This document shows positions 1 through 9,924 of a DNA stretch of 64,000 nucleotides, piece after piece. A program made the position numbers and the translations under genes. The first letter of the stretch is position 1; every line of letters starts with the position of its first letter. The stretch spans positions 28,646 to 92,645 of the forward strand of contig CAXXVK010000031.1 of NCBI GenBank assembly GCA_963676915.2. The letters are read 5' to 3'. The stretch comes from Myxococcota bacterium (GTDB lineage: Bacteria; Myxococcota_A; SURF-8; G963663525). The notes under the pieces are model-generated. The model was not told where the DNA came from and searched no databases. It was given only the letters and a program-made list of their open reading frames with translations.

Positions 1-26
1 ATCGAGTCTTGGTCAAACTTTTCTGC

Positions 27-55
27 AGCTAACAACATGGGAAGGTGACTGTCAA
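27..55 (-). promoter_or_regulatory. Putative sigma70 promoter pointing out of the left edge
   Basis: Minus strand TTGACA (55-50), 17-nt spacer, TTAGCT (32-27) preceded by TG. Confidence 0.45.
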
Positions 56-92
56 GCAAAAAGGCCATGAAGTTGATTGGAAATATCGTTGT

Positions 93-836
93 TTATGGAA
101 AAAACACGGCGCAGGTTACGGGGACGATCCTTGGGAGTTCCCCTGGAGCGTCGATTTCCACGAGTGCCGCAAGTCCGCGATTCCCTTTTTTGCTCCACGG
201 TTGCAGTACTCCCGGGTATACGATACGTCCCGCATGATCGAACCAGGAATGCCAGTGACCCAACGCGAGGTAATCGAGCCTGTGTTTTTCGATGACATCG
301 ATGGGAATCGGGTGCTCGTCCGGCTTGCCCAAGTCGTCGAGCATCAACGAACCATGCGTCAGGCCGATACGGATAGCCTCTTGCGGCGTCGAATAGTTTG
401 AAAACGTTGCCGTGGGATCGAGCTTGGAACGCTCCGTTTTCAGAGGATGAATCAGCAGGGAAACCCGACCTTGACACAGGGAAACGACTGTTGGTTCGGA
501 ATGGATGTGGATGTTTTCGGGTAGAGCGACAGGAAAACCTTTCGTCCAGACGCTTTGCTCGTTCGCCGGGTCGTGATTCCCGGAAATCAGGTGCACCTGA
601 AGAGGATGAAACGCTTTCATTGTTTCGGCGAAGCGCTGATATTCCTCGTCGGGAAGATCGTTGGACTCGAAAATATCCCCCGCAACGAGCACGAAGTCCA
701 CGTTTCGTTCGTGGGCCAGTTCAGCCATGTGGAGGATTGTTCGTTCCAGCGAGCACACGGCTTTCAGGCTCGTTTCGTCGGAAACTTTGGGTTGGCGTCC
801 CCAGTGCCAGTCTGCGCTATGAAGAAAACGTATCAT
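93..836 (-). CDS. SbcD/Mre11-family metallophosphoesterase (nuclease domain only, ~247 aa)
   Basis: Motifs HSADWH, AGDIF, GNHD, THGS, LALGHWH, YPG; ATG at 836 with upstream AAGGA. Confidence 0.85.
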   Translation of the reverse strand: MIRFLHSADWHWGRQPKVSDETSLKAVCSLERTILHMAELAHERNVDFVLVAGDIFESNDLPDEEYQRFAETMKAFHPLQVHLISGNHDPANEQSVWTKGFPVALPENIHIHSEPTVVSLCQGRVSLLIHPLKTERSKLDPTATFSNYSTPQEAIRIGLTHGSLMLDDLGKPDEHPIPIDVIEKHRLDYLALGHWHSWFDHAGRIVYPGVLQPWSKKGNRGLAALVEIDAPGELPRIVPVTCAVFFP

Positions 837-852
837 TCGCCGTCCTTGTGGA

Positions 853-880
853 TTGACGATTCCTCCGGCCCTGCTATGAT
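853..880 (+). promoter_or_regulatory. Putative sigma70 promoter of the recJ operon
   Basis: TTGACG, 16-nt spacer, TATGAT with extended -10 TG, 45 nt before the recJ ATG. Confidence 0.55.
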
Positions 881-925
881 CCAAGCAGGTTGTTTGTCCA
901 TAGCATATTTCCTCCGGGAGATGGA

Positions 926-2662
926 ATGAAAGACGCTCGGTGGGTCCAAAAAGAATTCGATGAGACGTTTGCAGCAAAGCTCGAAGAGGAGTTTTCCCTT
1001 CCTTCCGTGGCGGCGAAAATTCTGGCGTCGCGCCTGGAGGATCTCGAAGAGGGAAGGGCGTTTTTGCATGCCGAGTTGAAAGATATGCCGGACCCTTCGA
1101 AAATGGCGGATGTCGAAAAAGCGGCTCAAAGAATCGCTGAAGCTGTGAAAAATCATGAAAAAACGGTGGTTTGGGGTGATTATGACGTGGATGGCACCAC
1201 TTCGACCAGCCTGTTTCTCACGTTTTTTCACGCCCTCGGTTTCGATGAAGCCGAGTACAGGATTCCCCAGCGAATCGGTCACGGGTACGGACTTTCCGTA
1301 GACGATGTCGATCATCTAGCTGACGAAAACGTGCGCCTGCTGATCACCGTGGACAATGGCATCACCAGCCTCGAAGAAGCGAAACGCGCCAAGGAACGGG
1401 GAGTTGATCTGATTGTCGTGGATCATCACCAGTTGGCCGAGGCATTACCGGATGCTTTGGCGGTCGTCGATCCCCAGCGGGAAGATTGCGGTTACCCTGA
1501 TAAAAATCTATGTGCGGCGGGAGTGTCGTTGGTCGTGTTGCAAGCGTTGCGTCGAGCGCTGGTTGCAAACGGTTGTCTCGAAAAACGAAAGGCTCCAATG
1601 TTGTCCTCGTTGTTGGAGTTCGTTGCTCTGGCTACGGTGGCGGATCTCGTTCCTTTGAAAAACGTGAACCGGCTGTGGGTCAAATACGGACTGAAAAACA
1701 TGGGCACCACCCGCCGAATCGGACTGATGGCGCTGAAAGAAGTCTGTAAAATCGAGCCGTTGCATGATGTCAGTACGTATCATGCAGGTTTTTTGATGGG
1801 GCCGAGAATCAACGCAGCCGGGCGCTTGAACGACCCGAACCAAGTGGTAGAGCTACTTTTGACCGACGATCTTGACCGGGCACGAAACATTGCGAAACGG
1901 CTGGACGATCTCAACCGGGCGAGGCAGCGTCTGGAACAAGAAACGATGGAGCAGGCCGTAACGATGCTGGAAGAAAACGGCTGGGACGAGCAACGGCCCG
2001 CTATCGTGCTTTTTGGAGAAACATGGCATGAGGGTGTAATCGGTATCGTTGCCTCTCGCATGGTGGATCGCTACCACAAACCCTGTATCCTTCTTGCCAG
2101 TGCGGGGGACGGCAAAGCGCGAGGCAGTGCGCGTTCTATCGACGGATTGCATATGAAGCAGGCCTTGGATCGTTGCAGCGACTTACTGGAACGGTACGGC
2201 GGACATCGCATGGCCGCCGGGATGACGGTTCGACGGGAAAACCTCGATGCTCTTGCCGAGCGATTCGAGGAAATCTGCGCCGAAACCTTGAGTCCCGAGG
2301 ATTTTCGAACCAAGCTATCGGTGGATGCCGAAATCAGTTTCGCCGATCTGGATGAACATTTCGTCTCGACATTGGAAACATTTGCACCTTTTGGAATGGG
2401 AAATCCACAACCGAAGCTTTTGACGCGAGGAGCGTATGTACATTCGGCGCGGATCTTGAAAGATGCCCATTACAAATTGAAACTGGGTGAGCGCGAACCG
2501 AGGCTGGAGTTTAAAGCTATCGGATTCAATCTTGCCGAAAAATTCGACGTACGCCACGGACAAAGCTGGGATGTGGTATATACTCCCCGCTGGAGCGAGT
2601 GGGGCGGACAGCGGTATATCGAACTGGCTATCAAGGACATGAAACCTGCGGAGGAGTCATGA
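926..2662 (+). CDS. recJ: Single-stranded-DNA-specific exonuclease RecJ
   Basis: GDYDVDG, TVDNG, DHH, ATVADLVPL, GPRINAAGR, GSARS, GGH, PFGMGNP motifs. Confidence 0.97.
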   Translation: MKDARWVQKEFDETFAAKLEEEFSLPSVAAKILASRLEDLEEGRAFLHAELKDMPDPSKMADVEKAAQRIAEAVKNHEKTVVWGDYDVDGTTSTSLFLTFFHALGFDEAEYRIPQRIGHGYGLSVDDVDHLADENVRLLITVDNGITSLEEAKRAKERGVDLIVVDHHQLAEALPDALAVVDPQREDCGYPDKNLCAAGVSLVVLQALRRALVANGCLEKRKAPMLSSLLEFVALATVADLVPLKNVNRLWVKYGLKNMGTTRRIGLMALKEVCKIEPLHDVSTYHAGFLMGPRINAAGRLNDPNQVVELLLTDDLDRARNIAKRLDDLNRARQRLEQETMEQAVTMLEENGWDEQRPAIVLFGETWHEGVIGIVASRMVDRYHKPCILLASAGDGKARGSARSIDGLHMKQALDRCSDLLERYGGHRMAAGMTVRRENLDALAERFEEICAETLSPEDFRTKLSVDAEISFADLDEHFVSTLETFAPFGMGNPQPKLLTRGAYVHSARILKDAHYKLKLGEREPRLEFKAIGFNLAEKFDVRHGQSWDVVYTPRWSEWGGQRYIELAIKDMKPAEES

Positions 2663-3648
2663 AAAGTCGGCATGTTTTTGGAACATTGCTCGTGTTTTGC
2701 CTTTTCTTGTGTGTATCGGCTCTGAATTGTACAAAGTCGCCGCAACATGGCTACAAGTATAAAAAAGGGCAAACGCAGGAATTTATGCTCTGGATCAATC
2801 AGCAGGTAGAACCCGATGGCGGGAAGTTAGCTATGTTCCGGCGAAACATCTGGGGAAAACTGACCCTTTCCGTGGTTGAATCCACCCCGAAGATTCTGCG
2901 TTTCACTCTCAAAATGAGCGACATTCGCGCTCGGCAGGTGCGTTTCGACGCTCAGCGAGAAACCGACGAAACAAAACGTATTCCCGGCATTGAAGCTCTA
3001 AACGGTTTGACCTGGACCGTTTCCATGAAACCCGACGGAAGCGACCAGCAGGTAACACCTCCCAAAGAATACGAAAGGCATGTGGCCGATATCGTGCAGA
3101 CCACCAACCAGACGTTCCGCGAAATGTTCCCAAGTCTTCCGTCGAGGATCGTAAAGGATCAACGTTGGCAACGACATATCGAGGGACCGATTACCGGAGA
3201 TTTTCACGGTGAAGACATTCGTATCGCTACGACTCTCGACTATCATGCTCAAAGGATTGAAGACGAAAAACTTCATTTGGAAATGGCGCTGGATTTAGAT
3301 CTTGGAGACAATAAAACCCACAAAATCAAACCGGCTGGTCCCCCAATGAGGAAAGCGAAACCCGCTCTAAGTGAGGAAAAAAAGCCGGAAAAAGACTCGT
3401 CCCTAGTATTTTATGGGAAAGGCGAAGGAAACGGCGGAATTCAATTCGATCTTAAAACTGGAAAACTGCTGTCTTTGGAGTACAATACCGACATCGCCAC
3501 GCATTTCAAAGTGGTGCGAGACGGTACCCAGCTTGAAAATCAACTGGTAACGAAATCGAAAATCGAACTTAAACCGTACCCGGAAACACCGAAGGGTCAA
3601 ACTCGTGAAACAAAGAAAGCAAAACCGGCTTCGCGCCAAGTTCGATGA
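2659..3648 (+). CDS. Hypothetical beta-rich lipoprotein
   Basis: ATGA overlap with recJ stop, SD GGAGGAG, hydrophobic signal ending SALNC. Confidence 0.7.
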   Translation: MKSRHVFGTLLVFCLFLCVSALNCTKSPQHGYKYKKGQTQEFMLWINQQVEPDGGKLAMFRRNIWGKLTLSVVESTPKILRFTLKMSDIRARQVRFDAQRETDETKRIPGIEALNGLTWTVSMKPDGSDQQVTPPKEYERHVADIVQTTNQTFREMFPSLPSRIVKDQRWQRHIEGPITGDFHGEDIRIATTLDYHAQRIEDEKLHLEMALDLDLGDNKTHKIKPAGPPMRKAKPALSEEKKPEKDSSLVFYGKGEGNGGIQFDLKTGKLLSLEYNTDIATHFKVVRDGTQLENQLVTKSKIELKPYPETPKGQTRETKKAKPASRQVR

Positions 3649-4300
3649 AATCTGCCGAGAACTTGGTTTGGAAGAAGGCGGTGCCGACTCGGATGTTCTA
3701 GAGCTGTTTTTACTCAGCGAAGACCACCTGAGCGCCGGAGAGTTGACCGAACGCCTGCGTAAAGCAGGACACGACATTCGCACCTCGGTGGTTACGGCGA
3801 CACTGAAACAGTTGGAATCTTTCGGGTTGGCCGAACGGGTGGAACTGGATGACGGTGTTGTGCTGTGGCAGCAACGGGTTTTGGAACGACATCACGACCA
3901 CCTGATTTGCGTGAAATGCGGAAAAATCGTCGATGTGTTTTCTCCGAAAATGGAACAAATTCAAGATGATACCGCGAGAAAGCACGGTTTTACAAGCTTT
4001 TACCATCGTCACGAAATATATGGACTTTGCGAGAATTGCAGAGAAACGCGCTCGGTTGCGTCCATGCCGTTGAGTATGGTGTATCCGGGCGAGTGGGTCA
4101 AAGTCGTAGGAATCGAAGGATGCCGAAAAGTGACGAAACGTCTGGAAGCTTTAGCGATAGGAAAAGATACGAAACTGCGCGTACTCCAGAAACCGGGAGC
4201 AGGTCAATTGGTTTTGCAGGTGGAAAACGCCCGGTACGCGCTTGGGCAGGGAATGGCATCGAAAGTTCGTGTCGTTCCCATACATGATAAGGAAGTTTGA
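3605..4300 (+). CDS. Fur-family metal-responsive regulator fused to a C-terminal FeoA (SH3-like) domain
   Basis: HLSAGEL, HHDHLICVKCG, YGLCENC, followed by FeoA-like PLSMVYPGEWVKV...YALGQGMASKVRV. Confidence 0.85.
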   Translation: MKQRKQNRLRAKFDEICRELGLEEGGADSDVLELFLLSEDHLSAGELTERLRKAGHDIRTSVVTATLKQLESFGLAERVELDDGVVLWQQRVLERHHDHLICVKCGKIVDVFSPKMEQIQDDTARKHGFTSFYHRHEIYGLCENCRETRSVASMPLSMVYPGEWVKVVGIEGCRKVTKRLEALAIGKDTKLRVLQKPGAGQLVLQVENARYALGQGMASKVRVVPIHDKEV

Positions 4301-5167
4301 ATGGCCGTTGTCGAATTCGAAAAGGTACAGGGTGCTGGAAACCACTTCATCTTGATCAGCCAACCTTGGGACGAAGCATTCTCCACCGACGTGATTCGCC
4401 GACTGTGCGACCGTTCGTTCGGTATAGGTTCCGACGGGATGTTGTTTGTCGATCCTTCGGAAAAGGGTGTGGCGTTTATGCGCATGTTCAATCCGGATGG
4501 CAGCTCGGCTGAAATGTGCGGAAACGGTATCCGTTGTTTTGTCGAACATCTGTTGCGTACCGGAAAAGCCGAGGGAGACCACATCACCGTGGAATCTCCG
4601 GTCGGCTTGCATTCGTGCAAAGTGACTCGGGATGAAAAGGGCGGGATCGATACCGTAGAAGTCGAAATGGGTGGAGCGAAATTAGGCAGAGACGTGCCGG
4701 ATACCTCTGACGATGCGCCTAACGGCTTGTGGGGGTTCGAACTGGATCGTCCTTCGGAATCTCCTCTCATTGGGTATGGCGCTTCGATGGGGAACCCACA
4801 CCTCGTCATTTTCGGACCATCGACGGTGGAACGATTGCTGAAGCATGGACCGACGTTGGAATATCATCCGCTTTTCCCAAACCGCACCAATGTGGAACTC
4901 GTTGAAATCGAGCGAGACGGTTCGTTGACGGTCAATGTTTGGGAACGCGGCGCGGGGCGTACCCTCGCTTGTGGTACTGCGGCCTGTGCCGTCGCCGCTG
5001 TCGCGGTGAAACTGGGCTATGTCGAAGCCGACACGCCGATTTCTCTCGATCTTCCCGGTGGACGTTTGCATGTCACGGTCTCGAAGGATTTCGAGTCGGT
5101 ACATTTGAAAGGTCCGGCACGCTTCGTATTTTCCGGAAAAATAGAGATTCCTGAATTGAATCCTTGA
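4301..5167 (+). CDS. dapF: Diaminopimelate epimerase
   Basis: GAGNHF, GIGSDG, NPDGSSAEMCGNGIRC, GNPH, NVE, WERGAGRTLACGT. Confidence 0.97.
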   Translation: MAVVEFEKVQGAGNHFILISQPWDEAFSTDVIRRLCDRSFGIGSDGMLFVDPSEKGVAFMRMFNPDGSSAEMCGNGIRCFVEHLLRTGKAEGDHITVESPVGLHSCKVTRDEKGGIDTVEVEMGGAKLGRDVPDTSDDAPNGLWGFELDRPSESPLIGYGASMGNPHLVIFGPSTVERLLKHGPTLEYHPLFPNRTNVELVEIERDGSLTVNVWERGAGRTLACGTAACAVAAVAVKLGYVEADTPISLDLPGGRLHVTVSKDFESVHLKGPARFVFSGKIEIPELNP

Positions 5168-5355
5168 TATCCGCCGGAAAATTGGCGAAGGTCTATGGAA
5201 TAACTTGACGGACTCCTGGGAGAATTGCAGATTCGTACGTATTGACTGACCCGATTCTTGTTTTTCTATTCAGCACAACTTTCAGGAATTACTGATACAT
5301 TTACTATTTCTTAGCCACTGAATCGAAACTTTGCAGTGTATCGAAGAGGAACCCA

Positions 5356-7036
5356 ATGAAACGAGCGATATCTTTTCCCGTTTTGCTTTTCGTCTTTTTT
5401 ATCGGCGCATTCATTCTTTGCACAGGGTGCGGAAGCTCCGATGACGAGCAAAATCCCGGTGGGGATACGGACCTGATCGAGGATGAAATTTCCGAAGGTG
5501 AAGAAGAAACCGTCATCCCCAAAACCACGGATTACGTCATCGTAGCCGAAGACCGATTCGCCGATGTAGCGGCTGAATACGCCCAGTATCGTGAATCCAA
5601 AGGATACGTGACGAAAATCTATACCTTGACGGAGATTCTTGACGGAGGAACTATTGAGGATTTCAAGGAAAATCTGCAAAGCGAATTGCAGACCATTCGT
5701 AACGAGCTGGACGAAACGTACACGTTGTTCGTGTTGCTGATGGGTGACGATTACGACGAAGACGAGGATCGCACCGGGAAAATTCCTACCCTCGAATGCG
5801 AAAATTCATTTGGTGGATTGCTATACCGACAACCTTTTTGCGGATCTGGATGGCGACGTTCTTCCCGATCTCGCTCTTGGACGCCTTCCGGCCCGTGATG
5901 CGCAGCAAATTACCGATTATCTGGCGAAAATCAAAAATTTCGAAGAAAGCTACAACCCGGGACTATGGAATCGCCGCATTTCGATTTACACCGGTGAGGC
6001 TGGATTCGGAGAAACAATCGATGGTCTGATTGAATTCGTGGTGTTCGAAGCACTGCGGAAAATGGACCATTCCTTTGACGTGATCGGTGCGTACAACACC
6101 GTTTCAAGTCCCTATTATTACTATCCTTTCGATGAAAAAGTGCTTGAACTGTTCAATATGGGCAGTTTGATGACGGTTTACATCGGTCATGGAAGTTCGG
6201 GAGGCACCGATGGCTTGAGTGTGAGCGATCTCGATAACATTCATTGTGAAAATCGCTTGCCCTTCACCTTCTTCTTTGCCTGTCTCAACGGCAATTTCAG
6301 GGGACCGGACGATTCCATTGCCGAGGCGATGATCTGGAAGGACGACGGCCCGGTCATTACCGTAGCGTCTACGGACATTTCCCATCCTTATGGAAATGCC
6401 GTATTGCCGTATGAGTTGCAGATTGCAATTCTGGACAATCGAATGAAAACCATCGGCGAAGCGGTCATGGAAACCAAGCGTCAATCGATGCTCAACGACG
6501 ACGATTTTCGGCAGATGGTCGATGCCAGTACGTTGTCTCTGGCGGAATTTGAAGACGAAGAAGAGCAGGTAGAGATCCGCGAACAGCACATGAACCTGTA
6601 CAACCTGATGGGTGATCCGGCTACCGCGCTGAGTTATCCCCAAACGGCGATCAATTTCTCTAGCGTCACCGGATCAATGGAAGGTGGAGCCTTGACTGTT
6701 CAAGCAGAAGCTCCCGGTGTCGATCAGGGAACCGCTGTTGTTACTTTGGAAGTTGATCGCAACGTCATCTACAAAGAAGACGAAATGGTCGAAATCGACC
6801 CGGACGACTTCGAAACGTACCAGGTACAGTTCAATTATTCCCACGCCATGAACAAAGTAATCGTGCAGCAGGATGTGACGGTTAGTGGTGGACAGTTCAG
6901 TTCCACGCTGAAACTGCCGGACGATTTCGACATGTCGCTAGGAATGGACAATAAATACTTTATCAAGGTGTATGCCTACGATACGGAGCACGACAGCTTC
7001 GGTTCGATGCGTGCGCCGAACCAGCCTGAAGAATAG
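5356..7036 (+). CDS. C25 (gingipain-family) cysteine peptidase lipoprotein, frameshifted near 5818
   Basis: Lipobox LCTGC; DYVIV, VLLMGD in the first ORF; TDNLFADLDGD.LPDLALGRLP, YIGHG, FACLNG, YNLMGDP in the second ORF; one-base shift joins them. Confidence 0.82.
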
Positions 7037-7063
7037 ATTCTTCTGTAAAATTCAGGAGTTGTA

Positions 7064-7828
7064 ATGCGAATTCTTTCTTGGAATGTCAATGGCGTACGTG
7101 CCGTCACGAAAAAAGGAATGCTCGACTGGCTGGACCGGGAACAGCCGGACATTCTGTGCATCCAGGAATCCAAAGCCCAACCGGACCAGTTGGCAAAAAA
7201 ACTATTGAATCCAAAAGGATATCAAGGCATCTGGCATTCTGCCGAGCGTAAAGGTTATAGCGGAACAGCGACCTTTACCAAGCACGAACCGTTGAGTGTT
7301 TCCGTAATGGGACGCGAAGAATTCGACGTGGAAGGACGAGTGCAAGTCCTTGAATTCAAAGATTTTACTCTGATCAACGCCTACTATCCCAACAGTCGTC
7401 CCGAGCGTGCCCGTATCCAATACAAGCTCGACTTCTGCGATGCCATGCTCGATGTGGCCAATGAATTGAAGCAAAAGGGGAAAAACGTCGTGATCTGCGG
7501 GGATTACAACATCGCCCACACCGAAATCGACCTGGCCCGACCCAAACAGAACGAAAACAACCCCGGCTACTACATCGAAGAACGCGAGGCGATGACCGCT
7601 TTTCTCGAACAGGGGTATGTCGATACCTTCCGGCATTTTCATCCCGATGAAAAAGGGCATTATTCCTGGTGGTCCTACCGAGCGAAAGCCCGCGAACGGA
7701 ACGTAGGCTGGAGAATCGATTATCACTGTGTCAACAAAGAGTTCATCGACCGTGTACGGTCGGCCCGAATTCTTCCCGAAGTGATGGGTTCCGACCACTG
7801 CCCGGTGGAAATCGACCTGTTTGAATGA
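7064..7828 (+). CDS. xth: Exodeoxyribonuclease III / AP endonuclease
   Basis: SWNVNG, CIQESK, GYSG, GDYNIAH, YSWWSYR, GWRIDY, GSDHCP. Confidence 0.96.
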   Translation: MRILSWNVNGVRAVTKKGMLDWLDREQPDILCIQESKAQPDQLAKKLLNPKGYQGIWHSAERKGYSGTATFTKHEPLSVSVMGREEFDVEGRVQVLEFKDFTLINAYYPNSRPERARIQYKLDFCDAMLDVANELKQKGKNVVICGDYNIAHTEIDLARPKQNENNPGYYIEEREAMTAFLEQGYVDTFRHFHPDEKGHYSWWSYRAKARERNVGWRIDYHCVNKEFIDRVRSARILPEVMGSDHCPVEIDLFE

Positions 7829-9263
7829 TGACGGATTCTCCTGTGGACTCAACCAAGGAAGCTTCAAGCGACTCCCCATCCAACTCGGCGACGCCGATTT
7901 TGTTCACCGTTGGTGTCGGCACCATGCTTTCCGCGATGGCTGGGTCTACCGTTACACTAGCGTTGCCTGCCATCGCCAACGAAATGAATATCGCCATCGG
8001 GCAGGTAAGCTGGGTAATGCTGTCGTTTTTGCTTTCGGTTACGGTGCTGTTGCTGATCGCAGGACGGACCGGGGATATCTTCGGCCATGCACGTATTTAC
8101 CTGATCGGGTTCTTTCTGTTTGGGTTTTCTTCGTTTGCCGCCGGTGCGGCGTCCACGCTTTCCATTCTCATCGGTGCGCGTATCCTGCAAGGCATCAGCG
8201 GTGCGATGGTCATGGCAACAAGTCCGGCGCTTTTGACCACGACAATTCCACCTTCAAAGCGAGGAAAAGCTTTGGGGATTCTGGCAACCGGCACCTATAT
8301 CGGTCTTACGATTGGCCCGTCCTTGGGAGGTGCGATCATCCACGGTTTGGGATGGCGCTGGATTTTCTATCTGAACATCCCGGTTTCCGTGCTTATTTTC
8401 ATTATGGGATTGATTTTCCTGCCACGTAGCGAAAAGAAGACCGCAGCACCTTTCGATTTTCTCTCGGCGCCTTCACCTTGATCTTGGGCCTGCCGCTGCT
8501 TCTCGTGGCAATCGGTCAGGGAGAGCAATGGGGCTGGTTCGGCTGGCCAACGTTAAGTCTTGCCGCCGGTGGTTTGATTTTGCTCGGGATTTTCGTACGC
8601 CTTCAAATGCATACGGAAACTCCTCTGTTGAACCTGAAACTTTTCAAATCTCCAGTCTTTACAGGTTCGGCGCTGAGTGCTTTTTGTAACTATGTTGCGC
8701 TTTTCATTCAGATCATCCTTTTACCTTTCTATCTTATGGAAGCGCTTGGGATCGATGCCAAACATGCGGGACTGGTTCTTACAGCGCAACCTTTCCTTAT
8801 GGCGCTGGTGGCGTCTCCTTCGGGGTGGTTGTCGGATCGCATCGGTTCCCGTCCACTAGCGGTTGCCGGTTTGTTGATATTGACAGTGGGACTCGGTGGT
8901 TTGTCCACCATTGGCGATCAAAGCGACGTTTGGACCGTAGCAATTTGGTTGGCCGTGATGGGTTTGGGTACGGGAATCTTCATTTCTCCCAACTCCAGTG
9001 CTTTGATGGGTGCGGCACCCAAAAACCAACAGGGAATCGCCGGAAGTCTGCTGGCGGTTTCACGAAATTTCGGCATGATGATCGGGGTGGCGCTTTCCAC
9101 GGCGATCTATCAGGCAGCGGGAGGATCGACCGGCGAAACATGGCAAGCCGAAGATTTCCATGCTTTGCGAGTTGCCTTATGGGTTGCTGCAGCAGTCAGT
9201 TTGTTGGGAGCCATTAGCGCCGGAGCGCAGAACCGGAGAGATCGATCCGTCACACCACGTTAA
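7825..9263 (+). CDS. DHA2-type (14-TMS) MFS efflux transporter, frameshifted near 8460-8475
   Basis: LALPAIA, GRTGDIFG, RILQG, GPSLGG, WRWIFYLNIP, then GWLSDRIGSR and SPNSSALM in the shifted frame. Confidence 0.88.
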
Positions 9264-9924
9264 ATTTTCCAACCAGAAAACTACCGAACGGGCTTTTCAA
9301 CGCAGTGAACATTTTCTCTGTAACGTCGGAAAAACGCTGAAAAACGGGAATAGGAATAATGTGAGTCGAGGCTTCTACTTCGCTGGAACCGAAGCTGCCG
9401 AGCAGCTTTTTCAGTTCCCTCAACGTGTAAAAATGTGCCTTTTTAGCAATGTCCGTTCGGCGTAATGTCCGTGAAATGCCGTACCATGACCAACGGTTGA
9501 GAACGGCGACCACTACCACACCGCCCGGCTTCGTGCAACGCACCATTTCGGAAAGCATCAGTTCTTCGTCATCCGCAAATTCCAACGAAGTGATCGCGGC
9601 TGTAATGTCGAAGGTTTGGTCCGGGAAGCCTAGTTTTTCGCCCCATCCCTGCCGGAAAGCTGCGCCGGGAATACTCTTTTTTCGAGCGATTTCGAGGGAT
9701 TTGGGACTTGGGTCGAGACCGGTTACGAGATATCCCTTTTCGGCGAACCAAGACATCCAGCGGCCTGTACCGCAACCGACTTCCAATAGAGTGGGTGCTT
9801 CGGAAGCATCGGGTAACAATCGGAGAACGGCGGCTTTTTCGAGTTCGTCTACTTTTCGACTTATTTCGTTGTCGTACCAATCATCGTATTTATCGGCGAT
9901 GGTGTCGAAATCGAAATGGGGCAT
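9250..9924 (-). CDS. Class I SAM-dependent methyltransferase
   Basis: FDTIADKYDDWY, LEVGCGTG, GLDPS, FDI, KPGG. Confidence 0.9.
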   Translation of the reverse strand: MPHFDFDTIADKYDDWYDNEISRKVDELEKAAVLRLLPDASEAPTLLEVGCGTGRWMSWFAEKGYLVTGLDPSPKSLEIARKKSIPGAAFRQGWGEKLGFPDQTFDITAAITSLEFADDEELMLSEMVRCTKPGGVVVVAVLNRWSWYGISRTLRRTDIAKKAHFYTLRELKKLLGSFGSSEVEASTHIIPIPVFQRFSDVTEKMFTALKSPFGSFLVGKFNVV

